Shown: positions 4,649 through 14,317 of the stretch, piece by piece | Layout of the letters: every line of letters begins with the position of its first letter | Numbering within the stretch: the first letter of the stretch is position 1 | Source of the DNA: Opitutales bacterium | Lineage (GTDB): Bacteria > Verrucomicrobiota > Verrucomicrobiia > Opitutales > JABSRG01 | Assembly (NCBI GenBank): GCA_049599475.1 | Contig: JBMYOQ010000033.1 | Span: 1 to 44,661 of the forward strand | Length of the DNA: 44,661 bases | Reading direction: 5' to 3' | The notes under the pieces: model-generated | Seen by the model: the letters and a program-made list of their open reading frames with translations, nothing else | Databases searched by the model: none | What the model was told of the DNA's origin: nothing | Made by a program: the position numbers and the translations under genes

Positions 4649-4723
4649 GGACCTGTAGCTTATTGGTAAAAGCGGGGCGCTCATAACGCCCGGAACTGAG
4701 TTCGATTCCCAGCGGGTCTACCA
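4649..4723 (+). tRNA. tRNA(CAT), probably Ile2 (lysidine-modified)
   Basis: GGACCTG/CGGGTCT; GGGCG-CTCATAA-CGCCC; Ile2 identity inferred from ATA codon in leader 3. Confidence 0.75.
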
Positions 4724-4875
4724 ATTTTTAAATTTTCTTCGCGCATCAGGTCCGGTGAACTGTTTATAGATTGAATAAGCCCAACCCGTTTTAATGTATA
4801 TATGGGTTTTTGAGGTATTTTTGTAACAAATTATATCCTAACAAAATATGTCTAATATACATCTTTCGCGGGGAG

Positions 4876-4941
4876 CTAGACGGTTTCTCGAAAGTGTGGG
4901 TTTACCTGAATAAACGAAAACACTTTTGAAAAACCGCCTAG
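4876..4941. repeat. Imperfect 22-bp inverted repeat
   Basis: CTAGACGGTTTCTCGAAAGTGT ... ACACTTTTGAAAAACCGCCTAG. Confidence 0.6.
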
Positions 4942-5066
4942 AATCGAAACCACAGGATCACTAGGCAAGTGGTTTTAAGCTTTTTCATGATCCCCTAATA
5001 AACGAAAACAATTGAGCGGTAACGTATGAGAGTTTCTATAGCCTCTAGGAATGTAGTGCTATTAAA

Positions 5067-5972
5067 TTACAAAAGCGTAGCGAGGTCTTTTGCATTGGGT
5101 AGTGCTGTGCGGGCGCCTGGTTTGGTCACGGTGAGTGCGCCGGCGGCGGAAGCGTAGACGCAGGCTTCTTCGAGGGCATGCTTTCTTGATAGCGCTAGAG
5201 CGAGTGCTCCGTGGAATGCATCGCCTGCGCCATTGCTGTCGATTGTTTTTACGGGAAATGCTCTCAGATGTTTGGGGGCAGAATTATCCTCTGAGTAAAT
5301 AAGGCCATATTCTCCGAAGGTAACGATGCAGGCTTTGCCACGGTGGAGAGCCTGTATTTTTGCGAATATGGTATTGGGCTCGGTTTCACCAGTTACCTGG
5401 CGGGCAAATTTTTCGGATGCCGCAAGGATTTCGATATCTTTCCAGATCGCGCGCGTTCCTGCATGGAGGGATCCGGCATCGAGGATCGCGGGAATCTCTA
5501 AATTTTTGGCTTCATCTACGAGCACACTGCTGAGTTCCGATTCGTGCCCGTCTAGCAGGAGCACTTTGGGGTGAGTTTCAGCCAGGGTAACGGATTGAGC
5601 TGGAACAGGTCGTGATGGGGGAGGGGCTATAACCGTGCGGCTTCCGTCGGGTTTTACCAGCACGGTGGCGACAGGGGAGGGTTCATGAGTCCAGCAGAGA
5701 CCGGCGGTATTTACTCCATTGCTGCGAAGATCTTGGGCAATCAATTCCCCCATGCCGTCGTTGCCGACGCGACCCGCGAACATCGCGGATCCCCCGAGGC
5801 GGACAACTTGGACGGCTGCATTGCTGGCAGGGCCCCCACCGCAGCCATTTAGGCCACTGGCGCGTATTTTTTCGTCGGTTTCAGGGTGGGTGGAAACCGT
5901 GTAGTTGAGATCCCAAACCGCTAAACCGACGCATAGCACGTCGGGCCGTTCCTTTGTGGGCTCCTCGCTCAC
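5067..5972 (-). CDS. PfkB/ribokinase-family carbohydrate kinase
   Basis: GGGPASNAA and DSNGAGDAF signatures; start reassigned to GTG overlapping hisF stop (GTGA). Confidence 0.9.
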   Translation of the reverse strand: MSEEPTKERPDVLCVGLAVWDLNYTVSTHPETDEKIRASGLNGCGGGPASNAAVQVVRLGGSAMFAGRVGNDGMGELIAQDLRSNGVNTAGLCWTHEPSPVATVLVKPDGSRTVIAPPPSRPVPAQSVTLAETHPKVLLLDGHESELSSVLVDEAKNLEIPAILDAGSLHAGTRAIWKDIEILAASEKFARQVTGETEPNTIFAKIQALHRGKACIVTFGEYGLIYSEDNSAPKHLRAFPVKTIDSNGAGDAFHGALALALSRKHALEEACVYASAAGALTVTKPGARTALPNAKDLATLL

Positions 5973-6733
5973 AGGCGCACGGGGATGCCGTCTTTCTGGA
6001 GGTGAGCCTTGGTCTCGGGAATCGTGAACTCCCCGAAGTGGAAAATAGATGCTGCTAGGACTGCGCTGGCTTTTCCGTCGGTAAGCACCTCTGTCATGTG
6101 GTCGAGGGTCCCGGCGCCTCCAGAGGCGATGACGGGCACTTCGACCGCTTCGCTGATAGCGCGCGTAAGCGGGACGTCGTAGCCCGCCTTGGTGCCATCG
6201 GCGTCCATGCTGGTTAATAGAATTTCTCCAGCTCCCAATTCGACCGCCGTTTTGGCCCATTCGATCGCATCGAGCTCGGTGGGATTGCGGCCACCGTGGG
6301 TGAACACACCCCAGCCGTTGGGTTTGGACGGGTCCTTCTTCGCATCGATGGCGACGACGATGCATTGATTCCCATACTTCTCGGATGCGTCCTTAATGAG
6401 CTGCGGATTCTTGATTGCAGCGGTGTTCAGACTCACTTTATCCGCCCCGCTGTTGAGCATTTTACGAATATCGTCCAGGGTGCGAATGCCGCCTCCCACG
6501 GTCAGGGGCATGAAGCAAGATGCAGCTGTTCGCTCTACGACCTCGTGCATCGTCGCGCGATCGTCGGATGAGGCGGTGATGTCTAGAAACACTAATTCAT
6601 CTGCGCCTTGTTCTTGGTATGCCTTCGCGCAGTCGACCGGATCTCCGGCGTCGCGGAGTTCCTGGAATTTAACGCCTTTGACGACACGACCGTCGGTGAC
6701 GTCGAGACAGGGAATGATGCGTGAGGAAAGCAT
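5969..6733 (-). CDS. hisF: Imidazole glycerol phosphate synthase cyclase subunit
   Basis: [39 protein letters not shown]. Confidence 0.97.
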   Translation of the reverse strand: MLSSRIIPCLDVTDGRVVKGVKFQELRDAGDPVDCAKAYQEQGADELVFLDITASSDDRATMHEVVERTAASCFMPLTVGGGIRTLDDIRKMLNSGADKVSLNTAAIKNPQLIKDASEKYGNQCIVVAIDAKKDPSKPNGWGVFTHGGRNPTELDAIEWAKTAVELGAGEILLTSMDADGTKAGYDVPLTRAISEAVEVPVIASGGAGTLDHMTEVLTDGKASAVLAASIFHFGEFTIPETKAHLQKDGIPVRL

Positions 6734-6763
6734 TGGAAAATCTATAGAAATAACTGTTTAAAC

Positions 6764-6797
6764 AAAAAACGCGCGAACTGTGAGGATCGCGCGTTTT
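6764..6797 (-). terminator. Intrinsic terminator
   Basis: AAAACGCGCGA...TCGCGCGTTTTTT on minus strand after 6815-8581 gene. Confidence 0.7.
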
Positions 6798-6814
6798 AGA
6801 AAGCTTAGAAGAAA

Positions 6815-8581
6815 TTACTCGTCAGCTGATACAATGTCCGGGTCGAATTCGACGCACAGGCGATATTGTTGTCCCGGACGCATGACGAGTGGATGCTCGC
6901 GAGCGAGGGTTTGCAGATAGTAAATGTTGCCGTAGTAGGTGCGGTAGGCAGGATCTTCAGTGACTACCTCGGTTTCATTCCAAGTAGCTTGGAAATCGTC
7001 CTTTGTCACTTGAGCGCGAAGGCCTTCTTCACCCAGAGTGAATGTTGATGGCAGGCGGTAGTTTGTGTGAGGTGCACCGATGGCTAGGACATAGCGCATC
7101 TTGGTGAGCTGGATCTGCTGCTTTACCTGATAGAGGAACTCGCAGGAGATCTTTTTGCCCGAGAACGTCCAGCTTACGCGAACGCTTCCGATTCCAGGAA
7201 TGATCTTTTCGTCTTTAGTGATCAGTTCTGGTTGTTCGTAGCGGAAGACCGTGCTTTGGCGGAGGCCGAGGGCAGTTGTGCAGCGTTTACCGTAGAAAGA
7301 AGGAACGGTGACATGCTCGCCAAAGGTAAGCTCTGGTAGCATCACCGGCAGATAAGTGTCTGCTGGATAGTCGAAAACGCCAGGGCAGTGTGGGAATGCC
7401 AAAGAGGGTGTGATCGCATCGCGACCCTTACTCACGAGAGGCAGTTGGACTGCGAGTCCGCTCGTAGGATCTTGATAGAGAAAAAGGCAATGCTCCTTTT
7501 TCTGAGAACGGTCGAAAGAAACCAGGCGGTTCGTCTTACGTGGTGCAGGAGCCGCAAGTTCTTGGACTTCACCGATTGACTTCGCTAGGCGTGACCACTG
7601 GCACAGGTAGCGCGCTGCATCAAAGTTCGCCATGCGGGTGGTGTGGCGTTTGATCGTAGTGCGTTCGCTGTCGCGGATTACGAGGAAACCGTGCTCTTGG
7701 TCGAGGTAAGTCGAGTAGAAGAAGAAGAACAGTTTACGCAGGATGTCCTGGTAGGTAGCCTTTTGGTTTGCAGGAACCCAGTCGTCTCGAAGTGCTTGAA
7801 GGAGGAGGCTGATGCAGTGCATTTGGCCGTAGGCACCGATCGAAGTACCGTAGGCCCAGCCGAGACCGTCTTGTCTCACGAGGTCTGGAAGCAGCTTGAT
7901 ATATTTCTCTGCGGGTGTGCGTAAGCTTGGGAGCTTGCGGTCGCGCAGGTGAATATTTGAATGCAGCTGTAGTGCCTGGCGGATGAAAACGAAAGAGGTG
8001 ACCCCGTAAATGTCGAAGGTGCCGCCAAAATTACCGTCGCCAGAAGGAACGTCGTCCAAGTAGCCGCCAGTGCTGGCTGATGATAGGCGCTCGATGAATT
8101 TGTCGATCAGATTGCCGGTCTCATCCTTCTTGGAGAGTCCCATCGAGTAGCGGGTAACCGCCTTTGCGATGCTGAAAGCTTGATTGTGGTCTACGTAGTC
8201 GGTGCGTGCCAGGAGTCGGCGGTCGAGTTGCTCCTGTGTTTGCTCGACGAGGCGCTCCCACACTTGATTGCGCTCCTTGGATGGACCGAAGGACAGGAGG
8301 CCCAGGGCTGCGTAGGCTAGACCGTTTTCAACGCTCTCGTCCGCAAATGCCTGTTGAGTGATGCAGCGCGCAGATAGGTCTACGAGGTCTACTCCATTAA
8401 GGCTAGTTTGGCCGGTAGCACGGTGGTATTCACCGATGGCTAGCGCGGCATGTCCGGGCTCATCTTGGCGGGGCTCTTCACCACTTACTGGAGTGATGGT
8501 GCCGTCAGGATTGATGCTGTCTATATTGTGTCCCAGAATGGACTGGGCCATAAAAAGGCACTGATCTGCGAAGCTCTGCAT
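6815..8581 (-). CDS. Hypothetical protein (588 aa)
   Basis: Long ORF in series with rho and hisF; no motif recognised. Confidence 0.8.
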   Translation of the reverse strand: MQSFADQCLFMAQSILGHNIDSINPDGTITPVSGEEPRQDEPGHAALAIGEYHRATGQTSLNGVDLVDLSARCITQQAFADESVENGLAYAALGLLSFGPSKERNQVWERLVEQTQEQLDRRLLARTDYVDHNQAFSIAKAVTRYSMGLSKKDETGNLIDKFIERLSSASTGGYLDDVPSGDGNFGGTFDIYGVTSFVFIRQALQLHSNIHLRDRKLPSLRTPAEKYIKLLPDLVRQDGLGWAYGTSIGAYGQMHCISLLLQALRDDWVPANQKATYQDILRKLFFFFYSTYLDQEHGFLVIRDSERTTIKRHTTRMANFDAARYLCQWSRLAKSIGEVQELAAPAPRKTNRLVSFDRSQKKEHCLFLYQDPTSGLAVQLPLVSKGRDAITPSLAFPHCPGVFDYPADTYLPVMLPELTFGEHVTVPSFYGKRCTTALGLRQSTVFRYEQPELITKDEKIIPGIGSVRVSWTFSGKKISCEFLYQVKQQIQLTKMRYVLAIGAPHTNYRLPSTFTLGEEGLRAQVTKDDFQATWNETEVVTEDPAYRTYYGNIYYLQTLAREHPLVMRPGQQYRLCVEFDPDIVSADE

Positions 8582-8649
8582 GAAATGCGTCTAAGAAATA
8601 ACGGAGATAGATAAAAAGCGTGCGTTTCTGCTTTGGTGAAGGGAATATG

Positions 8650-9789
8650 TCAACTGCTTAGTAGTTTAAGCAGTGCGCTATTAGTGTCTGTCTTGGACAT
8701 GCGCTCTGTAATGGTCTCTGCGGCTTCGATGGGACGCAGGGGTGCGAGGGCGCGGCGAAAGATGTTTGCTTTCTTCAAAACGTCCGGCGCTAGGAGGAGT
8801 TCTTCCTTGCGGGTGCCGGATTGAGAGAGGTCGATGGCTGGCCAGATTCGGAGCTCGGCGACCTTACGGTTGAGGACCATCTCCATATTACCGGTGCCCT
8901 TGAACTCTTGGAAAATGAGTTCATCCATCTTGCTGCCAGTCTCGATCAGAGCTGAAGCGATGATTGTCAAGCTGCCGGCTTCCTCGGTGTTGCGGGCGGC
9001 TGAAAATAGCTGACGTGGCTTTTCCAGGGCTCGGATGTCGAGACCGCCGGTCATGGTGCGTCCGCCTCCGCCTTTGGCAGAGTTGTGGGCACGGGCCAGG
9101 CGGGTGAGTGAATCGAGGAGCATGACGACGTCTTTACCTGCCTCGACTTGGCGCTTCGCGTGTTCAATAGCAATATCTGCGATACGGACGTGGTTTTGGG
9201 TGTCTTCGTCGTTCGAAGATGCGAAAAGTGTGGCGTCGACGGTGCGGCGGAAGTCCGTTACTTCTTCAGGACGCTCGTCAACGAGTAACACCATAAGTTC
9301 GCACTCCGGGTGATTCTCACGGACGCCGCAAGCGATGTCGTGGAGTAGGGTGGTTTTCCCAGTGCGTGGTGGAGCTACAATGAGTCCACGCTGTCCCTTT
9401 CCGATTGGACAAAAAAGGTCGATGACGCGAGTGGTCATGCGGTGGTCTTGGGTTTCGAGCTTAATTTGCTCGTCCGGACCGATCGTGAGGAGCTGCGAGA
9501 ATTCGATGCATTTCATGCGCTGATCGACCGTCTTGCCGTCGACCGATTCGATAAATTTCACCTTGGGATTCGGAAAACGGCCATCGTGTTGTGCTTTGGC
9601 GACAACATAGGAGCCCTTTTTCAGCTTGAAGCGGCGTATAAGCTCCCGCGGCACGAAGGGGTCGGTCGGGCGAGACTTACCATTGCGCTTTGGATCGAGC
9701 AATTGAGCCGTTTTATTGTTTAGAGGTTCCAGAATGCCTTCAACAAGCACCAAGTCTCCTCCGTCTTTTTTGGAAGATTTTTCAGACAT
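8650..9789 (-). CDS. rho: Transcription termination factor Rho
   Basis: [48 protein letters not shown]. Confidence 0.97.
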   Translation of the reverse strand: MSEKSSKKDGGDLVLVEGILEPLNNKTAQLLDPKRNGKSRPTDPFVPRELIRRFKLKKGSYVVAKAQHDGRFPNPKVKFIESVDGKTVDQRMKCIEFSQLLTIGPDEQIKLETQDHRMTTRVIDLFCPIGKGQRGLIVAPPRTGKTTLLHDIACGVRENHPECELMVLLVDERPEEVTDFRRTVDATLFASSNDEDTQNHVRIADIAIEHAKRQVEAGKDVVMLLDSLTRLARAHNSAKGGGGRTMTGGLDIRALEKPRQLFSAARNTEEAGSLTIIASALIETGSKMDELIFQEFKGTGNMEMVLNRKVAELRIWPAIDLSQSGTRKEELLLAPDVLKKANIFRRALAPLRPIEAAETITERMSKTDTNSALLKLLSS

Positions 9790-10119
9790 TAGCTTCGGAA
9801 AACTACCGAATTCGAAAGGATGTCGGGGATCGAACGAGCGCGACTTCCACAGTCGCCGCCTTGAGTAGGTGTGTTAAACCCCGATTCGAGGAAGTTGGGA
9901 CGCCTGATTCCTGATGTCAACTCGTGACTCTGCTCAAAATTGAGATTTATTCTTCTCAGGCGTTGGGTTGGCGCCGCTTAGGTCCTATTTTATCAACATT
10001 ATTGGTCTGAACGGACTCACTTTCTCGAAATTTCGGTCTATCTTAGATGATAATGATATTTAGATGTTGAGTTTAGAGCCCTATTTTTTTGGTCTTTTTA
10101 ATTTCCACTACCCCTTTTT

Positions 10120-10746
10120 ATGAAGAGAGCGATCTACCCTCGCAATGGCTTCACTTTGGTCGAAGTCCTTACAACAATTGCTATTATCAGTATCTTAGCC
10201 GCGATTTCGTTCGGAGTCATGACCGGTGTCCAGGAGAAGCAGGCAATCAGCCGGGCTTCTGCGGAGATCTCGGCGATTTCTTCTGCGCTTGAGAGATACA
10301 AGGCCGCTCACGGGACCTATCCAGTGAACGTTTCGTATGATGCATCGTCGAATTCGGACTTATTAGTCGCACTCGCAGGGCTCGGGGATCCCGATGGCAA
10401 TCCGCTGCCGACCAATGAAATCCGCAAACCATATATCAATATGGACTCCTTCGACATCAGCTTCGCGGATGCTAATGCCCGCCAGTCTTTTTATGATAAT
10501 CCAAATGCTGGGGCCTTGGGGAGTCTGGATATTTTGGATCCCTGGGGTGAGCCCTACCGTTATTTTTATAATCGAATCCAATCCACCACCCAGTGGAGGA
10601 ATCCCAGTTTCGTGATCTATTCCAAAGGGCCGGATACTGAAGAGTCTATCCCGGGAGAGCTGTCCGGGGGCAATGGCGTGATTGAAATCGACGAAATAAA
10701 GGCTCTTGCCGTCTCAAATTTAGATAATGTTTACGCTGAATTCTAA
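10120..10746 (+). CDS. Prepilin-type / type II secretion pseudopilin (GspG-like)
   Basis: GFTLVEVL cleavage motif; DPWGEPYRY and SKGPD motifs. Confidence 0.85.
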   Translation: MKRAIYPRNGFTLVEVLTTIAIISILAAISFGVMTGVQEKQAISRASAEISAISSALERYKAAHGTYPVNVSYDASSNSDLLVALAGLGDPDGNPLPTNEIRKPYINMDSFDISFADANARQSFYDNPNAGALGSLDILDPWGEPYRYFYNRIQSTTQWRNPSFVIYSKGPDTEESIPGELSGGNGVIEIDEIKALAVSNLDNVYAEF

Positions 10747-10780
10747 ATCCGAAACTTCAAAATCCGAAGTGTCTATAGGT

Positions 10781-11470
10781 ATGTACAATCGTTTCAGAGG
10801 TTTTACGCTCATTGAGCTACTGGTAGTTATCGGACTGATCGGAGTCTTGGTTGGCGGAATTGGCTTCGCAATGCTCGGCGGCGGAGGAGGTGGATTGCAA
10901 AATACCGAGCGCGTCCTACAGGGCTTTTTGCTCAGCGCGCGCACCAATGCATCTTCGGCTATTGGAGGTGCTACGGGTCAGACTGCCGCCTTGGCGGATG
11001 GAGCGAGTTCTCTACTCTTGATCAATGCAGATTCGACTGATCAAGATGGCTACCTCAGAGAGATGTATGTTGTCTATTGGGGCACCGATGTAGACGGCGT
11101 TACTGGGTGGCTTACCCAGAGTGGCAGTAGCACGCTCCCGAACGGCATCTATTTTTACCCTCAAGAATGCCAAGATCCGTCTGCGACGGGATCTTCGTTT
11201 GTGGGCGGGTCGATGACCATGAATATGGACCCGCCTTCGGCGATCGCTCAAGCTGGCACGGGTGGTTCGAAAAACTGGTATTTCATCCCTTATGATGAGC
11301 GGGGTCGTTTGAATGATATAGATGAATTTCAAGTTGTTATCGCTGAGGGCGATTTACTACCAGGGAACACGCCTCCTATAGAATTTGCTGATGATCCCAA
11401 TCGCGGCGGTTACTTGATCCTTAATACCGGCGCTATTGCACGATTCCCATCCCAGGAAGCCATCCAGTAG
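10781..11470 (+). CDS. Prepilin-type protein (GspH/FimT-like)
   Basis: MYNRFRGFTLIELLVV; start reassigned to ATG 10781. Confidence 0.8.
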   Translation: MYNRFRGFTLIELLVVIGLIGVLVGGIGFAMLGGGGGGLQNTERVLQGFLLSARTNASSAIGGATGQTAALADGASSLLLINADSTDQDGYLREMYVVYWGTDVDGVTGWLTQSGSSTLPNGIYFYPQECQDPSATGSSFVGGSMTMNMDPPSAIAQAGTGGSKNWYFIPYDERGRLNDIDEFQVVIAEGDLLPGNTPPIEFADDPNRGGYLILNTGAIARFPSQEAIQ

Positions 11471-11474
11471 AGAA

Positions 11475-12161
11475 ATGAACTACACATACTTTAAAATGCG
11501 AACTTCCCGCCCCGGGCAAAATGCCATTTCAAAACTCGCAGGTTTGACCTTAGTCGAGGTCACCCTGGCAATCGGCGTATTCACTTTTGCGATGGCAGTC
11601 CTGCTAGGCCTGCTCGCTCCGATGCTTACTGATCTTTCCGAGGTCCTCGATGCCGACGAGACCCAGGCCATCGTCAACAAGGTCGAGGTCTTCCTGGATA
11701 CCTACAATAATGACGGTAATCCTGATACCGAGAGCCCATTCAAAGATGTCTATGATGACATCTCCGCCTCAGGATATTTAGTCGCTTATATTTATAGAAC
11801 CGTCGGAGGCCGTACTGAGGTGGTAAGTGATATGGGAGCCATCGATACCGCAATGAGCTCCGGAGATCCTAACGACCAGGTGGACCGTCGCGTCTTTGTG
11901 GCCGTTATTTACCCTTCGAATGTCAATCCGAATGCTGTTATAGCCGGGCCCTCATTGCTGGGCGGAGATTTTCAGAATATAGAGGCTTACTCCTTGGTGA
12001 ATACCTACGACGATTACCCAGAAGGTTACCTGGCTTTCAATGTCGAAGTATACAGCTATGCGCCTCCGGCACCGGGAGATGCTTTCGCCACTATTATCGC
12101 TGAAAACATTCCATCAGAAGCAGGTCTTCTCCTTTCGTTCCCGACTGCTATTAATCGCTAG
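11475..12161 (+). CDS. Prepilin-type minor pseudopilin
   Basis: GLTLVEVTLAIGV followed by hydrophobic helix; start uncertain. Confidence 0.75.
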   Translation: MNYTYFKMRTSRPGQNAISKLAGLTLVEVTLAIGVFTFAMAVLLGLLAPMLTDLSEVLDADETQAIVNKVEVFLDTYNNDGNPDTESPFKDVYDDISASGYLVAYIYRTVGGRTEVVSDMGAIDTAMSSGDPNDQVDRRVFVAVIYPSNVNPNAVIAGPSLLGGDFQNIEAYSLVNTYDDYPEGYLAFNVEVYSYAPPAPGDAFATIIAENIPSEAGLLLSFPTAINR

Positions 12162-12173
12162 TTTCCTCTCACC

Positions 12174-13187
12174 ATGCGTCCATCCAACCGAACAACTACG
12201 CGTAAAGCACTGTCCCGCACAGCGGGTTTCACGCTTATAGAGATCGTTGTAGCAACCTTCATCATGGCGGTATTTACCGTTTTGGTCCTGGGAGTATCGA
12301 ATGGTGTCCTGCAAATTTGGAGCAGCGCCGCCGGACGTGTCGAGTCGACGCGCGAGTCACGATTGGTGCTCTCGACGATCGAGTCGGATTTCGATGGTAT
12401 CGTGTACACGAGTGATGGAGAGGTCTTATATTACGATGTAGAGGACATCGGTGGGGGAAATTTTTATCCTAAGAGCCAAGCTCAACTTTACATGGTGGCG
12501 TCTACGCTGGATGCGCCCGCGCGCGATTTTAATCAAGAGGAGCGCCCTGGAGATATCTGTGCGATTCGCTATGAACTCAACTACCTTGAAATATTTGGCG
12601 GAGCAGGTGTTGACCCTAAATTTTCCCTGTATCGTGGGGCCGCGGACACATTGACGACTTTCAATAATTTCTTGGCAGTCGACAGTCTGAGCCAGGCGTG
12701 GACGACACTGATTGACAGTGGAACCTATACCCAGCCTTACAATGAGGCGAACGATATTTCCCTGTATTCTACTCAGAATCGCAGAAATATCTACGCGTCA
12801 AACGTCGTGGACTTCCGGATCGTATTTTACGCCAGAGACGCAGCGACTGGTGTTATCTATCCTGTTTCCTCCGACAATCTTACTGCTAAACTCGCGAATC
12901 CAGCCACTCCTGTAACCGTGACGGATATACCGGTTGGGATTCGAGAAGGGAGGCTATACATTGGTACCGTAGGTGGAGGCTATACCAGCCTCGTGTTATC
13001 CACGGATGAGCTCGTATATGCTGATTTGGAATTTGCCTTTCTTTCCAGTGAAGGGGCGACGGTGCTCGAGCAACACATTGACGGTCTGGACACATCTTTC
13101 GACGATCCAGACCTATTGTTGCCTGGAATCATCGACACATATGGCCAGCGCTTCTCGCGCCGTGTTGCTCTCAACGGAGCGCGCTAG
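12174..13187 (+). CDS. Prepilin-type minor pseudopilin (GspJ/PilW-like)
   Basis: GFTLIEIVVA motif. Confidence 0.8.
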   Translation: MRPSNRTTTRKALSRTAGFTLIEIVVATFIMAVFTVLVLGVSNGVLQIWSSAAGRVESTRESRLVLSTIESDFDGIVYTSDGEVLYYDVEDIGGGNFYPKSQAQLYMVASTLDAPARDFNQEERPGDICAIRYELNYLEIFGGAGVDPKFSLYRGAADTLTTFNNFLAVDSLSQAWTTLIDSGTYTQPYNEANDISLYSTQNRRNIYASNVVDFRIVFYARDAATGVIYPVSSDNLTAKLANPATPVTVTDIPVGIREGRLYIGTVGGGYTSLVLSTDELVYADLEFAFLSSEGATVLEQHIDGLDTSFDDPDLLLPGIIDTYGQRFSRRVALNGAR

Positions 13188-13241
13188 TTGCTAAATTTTA
13201 TCGCGTTCACGGTGCTTCCTCTGTAGCGCCTGAGTTTCCCG

Positions 13242-14120
13242 ATGAAACTCAAACACTGGATTCTCGCATCTCGTCCGAAAACGCTTCCTGCAGCCGCCTG
13301 TCCGGTTGTCGCTGGCTCTTTGATTGCACATGCTGAGGGTGCCTTTGCCTTGATTCCTGCCGCTGTGGCCATCGCTTTCGCATTCTTGGTTCAGATCGGG
13401 ACAAACTTCGCAAACGACTATTTCGACTACAGAAAAGGAGCGGATACCAAAGATCGCAAAGGACCCGCGCGTGCGGTCGCTTCAGGTTGGATCGCGCCGG
13501 CGGCTATGTTGCGGGCCACGATAGGAGTGTTGATCTTGGCGTTTTTTGTGGGTCTCATGCTCATTCCCTTTGGAGGCTGGATCACTTTGGCTGTCGGGTT
13601 GATCTCGATAGCTTGTGCCTTTGCATACACTGGAGGGCCTTACCCGCTGGCTTATAAGGGACTCGGAGATGTGTTTGTCGTCGTCTTCTTTGGTTTCATC
13701 GCGGTTGGCTTTACCTATTACGTTCAGGTAGGCCATTTTTCGCCGGTGGTTTGGGCTGTTGGACTGGCTCAGGGCTTACTCATTAATAACTTGCTGGTGA
13801 TCAATAATGTGCGGGATATCGATGAAGACCGCTTGAGCCAAAAGATGACTTTGCCCGCGCGTTTCGGGCGCAATTTCGGTCTCGTCCAATATCAGATGTC
13901 TATCACCGTCGCCTGTCTGATAGCGCTCGGGATTGCCTTGATGCTGGATCAAACTGCATACTTTTTGCCCGCGATGTCCTATCCGGTGGGACGTTACCTA
14001 GGGCTCATGACCATGAACGCGCAGACTCCTGAGCGCTACAACAAGGTGCTGGCGTTGACATCTGCTTATCTAATTCTCTACACCGTGCTCCTCGGGGTGG
14101 GCATGATGCTGTTCGCTTGA
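13242..14120 (+). CDS. menA: 1,4-dihydroxy-2-naphthoate polyprenyltransferase
   Basis: RPKTLPAA, NFANDYFDYRKGAD, NNVRDIDED (UbiA family). Confidence 0.92.
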   Translation: MKLKHWILASRPKTLPAAACPVVAGSLIAHAEGAFALIPAAVAIAFAFLVQIGTNFANDYFDYRKGADTKDRKGPARAVASGWIAPAAMLRATIGVLILAFFVGLMLIPFGGWITLAVGLISIACAFAYTGGPYPLAYKGLGDVFVVVFFGFIAVGFTYYVQVGHFSPVVWAVGLAQGLLINNLLVINNVRDIDEDRLSQKMTLPARFGRNFGLVQYQMSITVACLIALGIALMLDQTAYFLPAMSYPVGRYLGLMTMNAQTPERYNKVLALTSAYLILYTVLLGVGMMLFA

Positions 14121-14317
14121 TGCAACTTGGTAAGGTGCTGGGTATATGCCCTGTTTTTAATGGGTTAAAGTAGGTTTAAAGAGCAAATAGGGAGTGATTG
14201 AGCGCGCGGAGGCGATTGACTCAGTAAATGGTGGTTGGCCAAAATGAGAAAGTCGACCTAGGTGAATAATTGAGCTCTGGTCGGCATTCATACCCCTACA
14301 ACCCCTCAATACCCCAA

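Noticed and set aside
1168..4723. CRISPR array or prophage
   Set aside because: Repetition is explained by tRNA motifs; no repeat-spacer periodicity and no cas, integrase or phage genes in the window
4050..4724. ORF-track peptides at 4050-4271, 4066-4341 and 4479-4724
   Set aside because: Overlap tRNA genes
5973..6365. N-terminal 130-aa extension of the PfkB ORF
   Set aside because: Out-of-frame overlap with hisF; the kinase fold begins after the hisF stop
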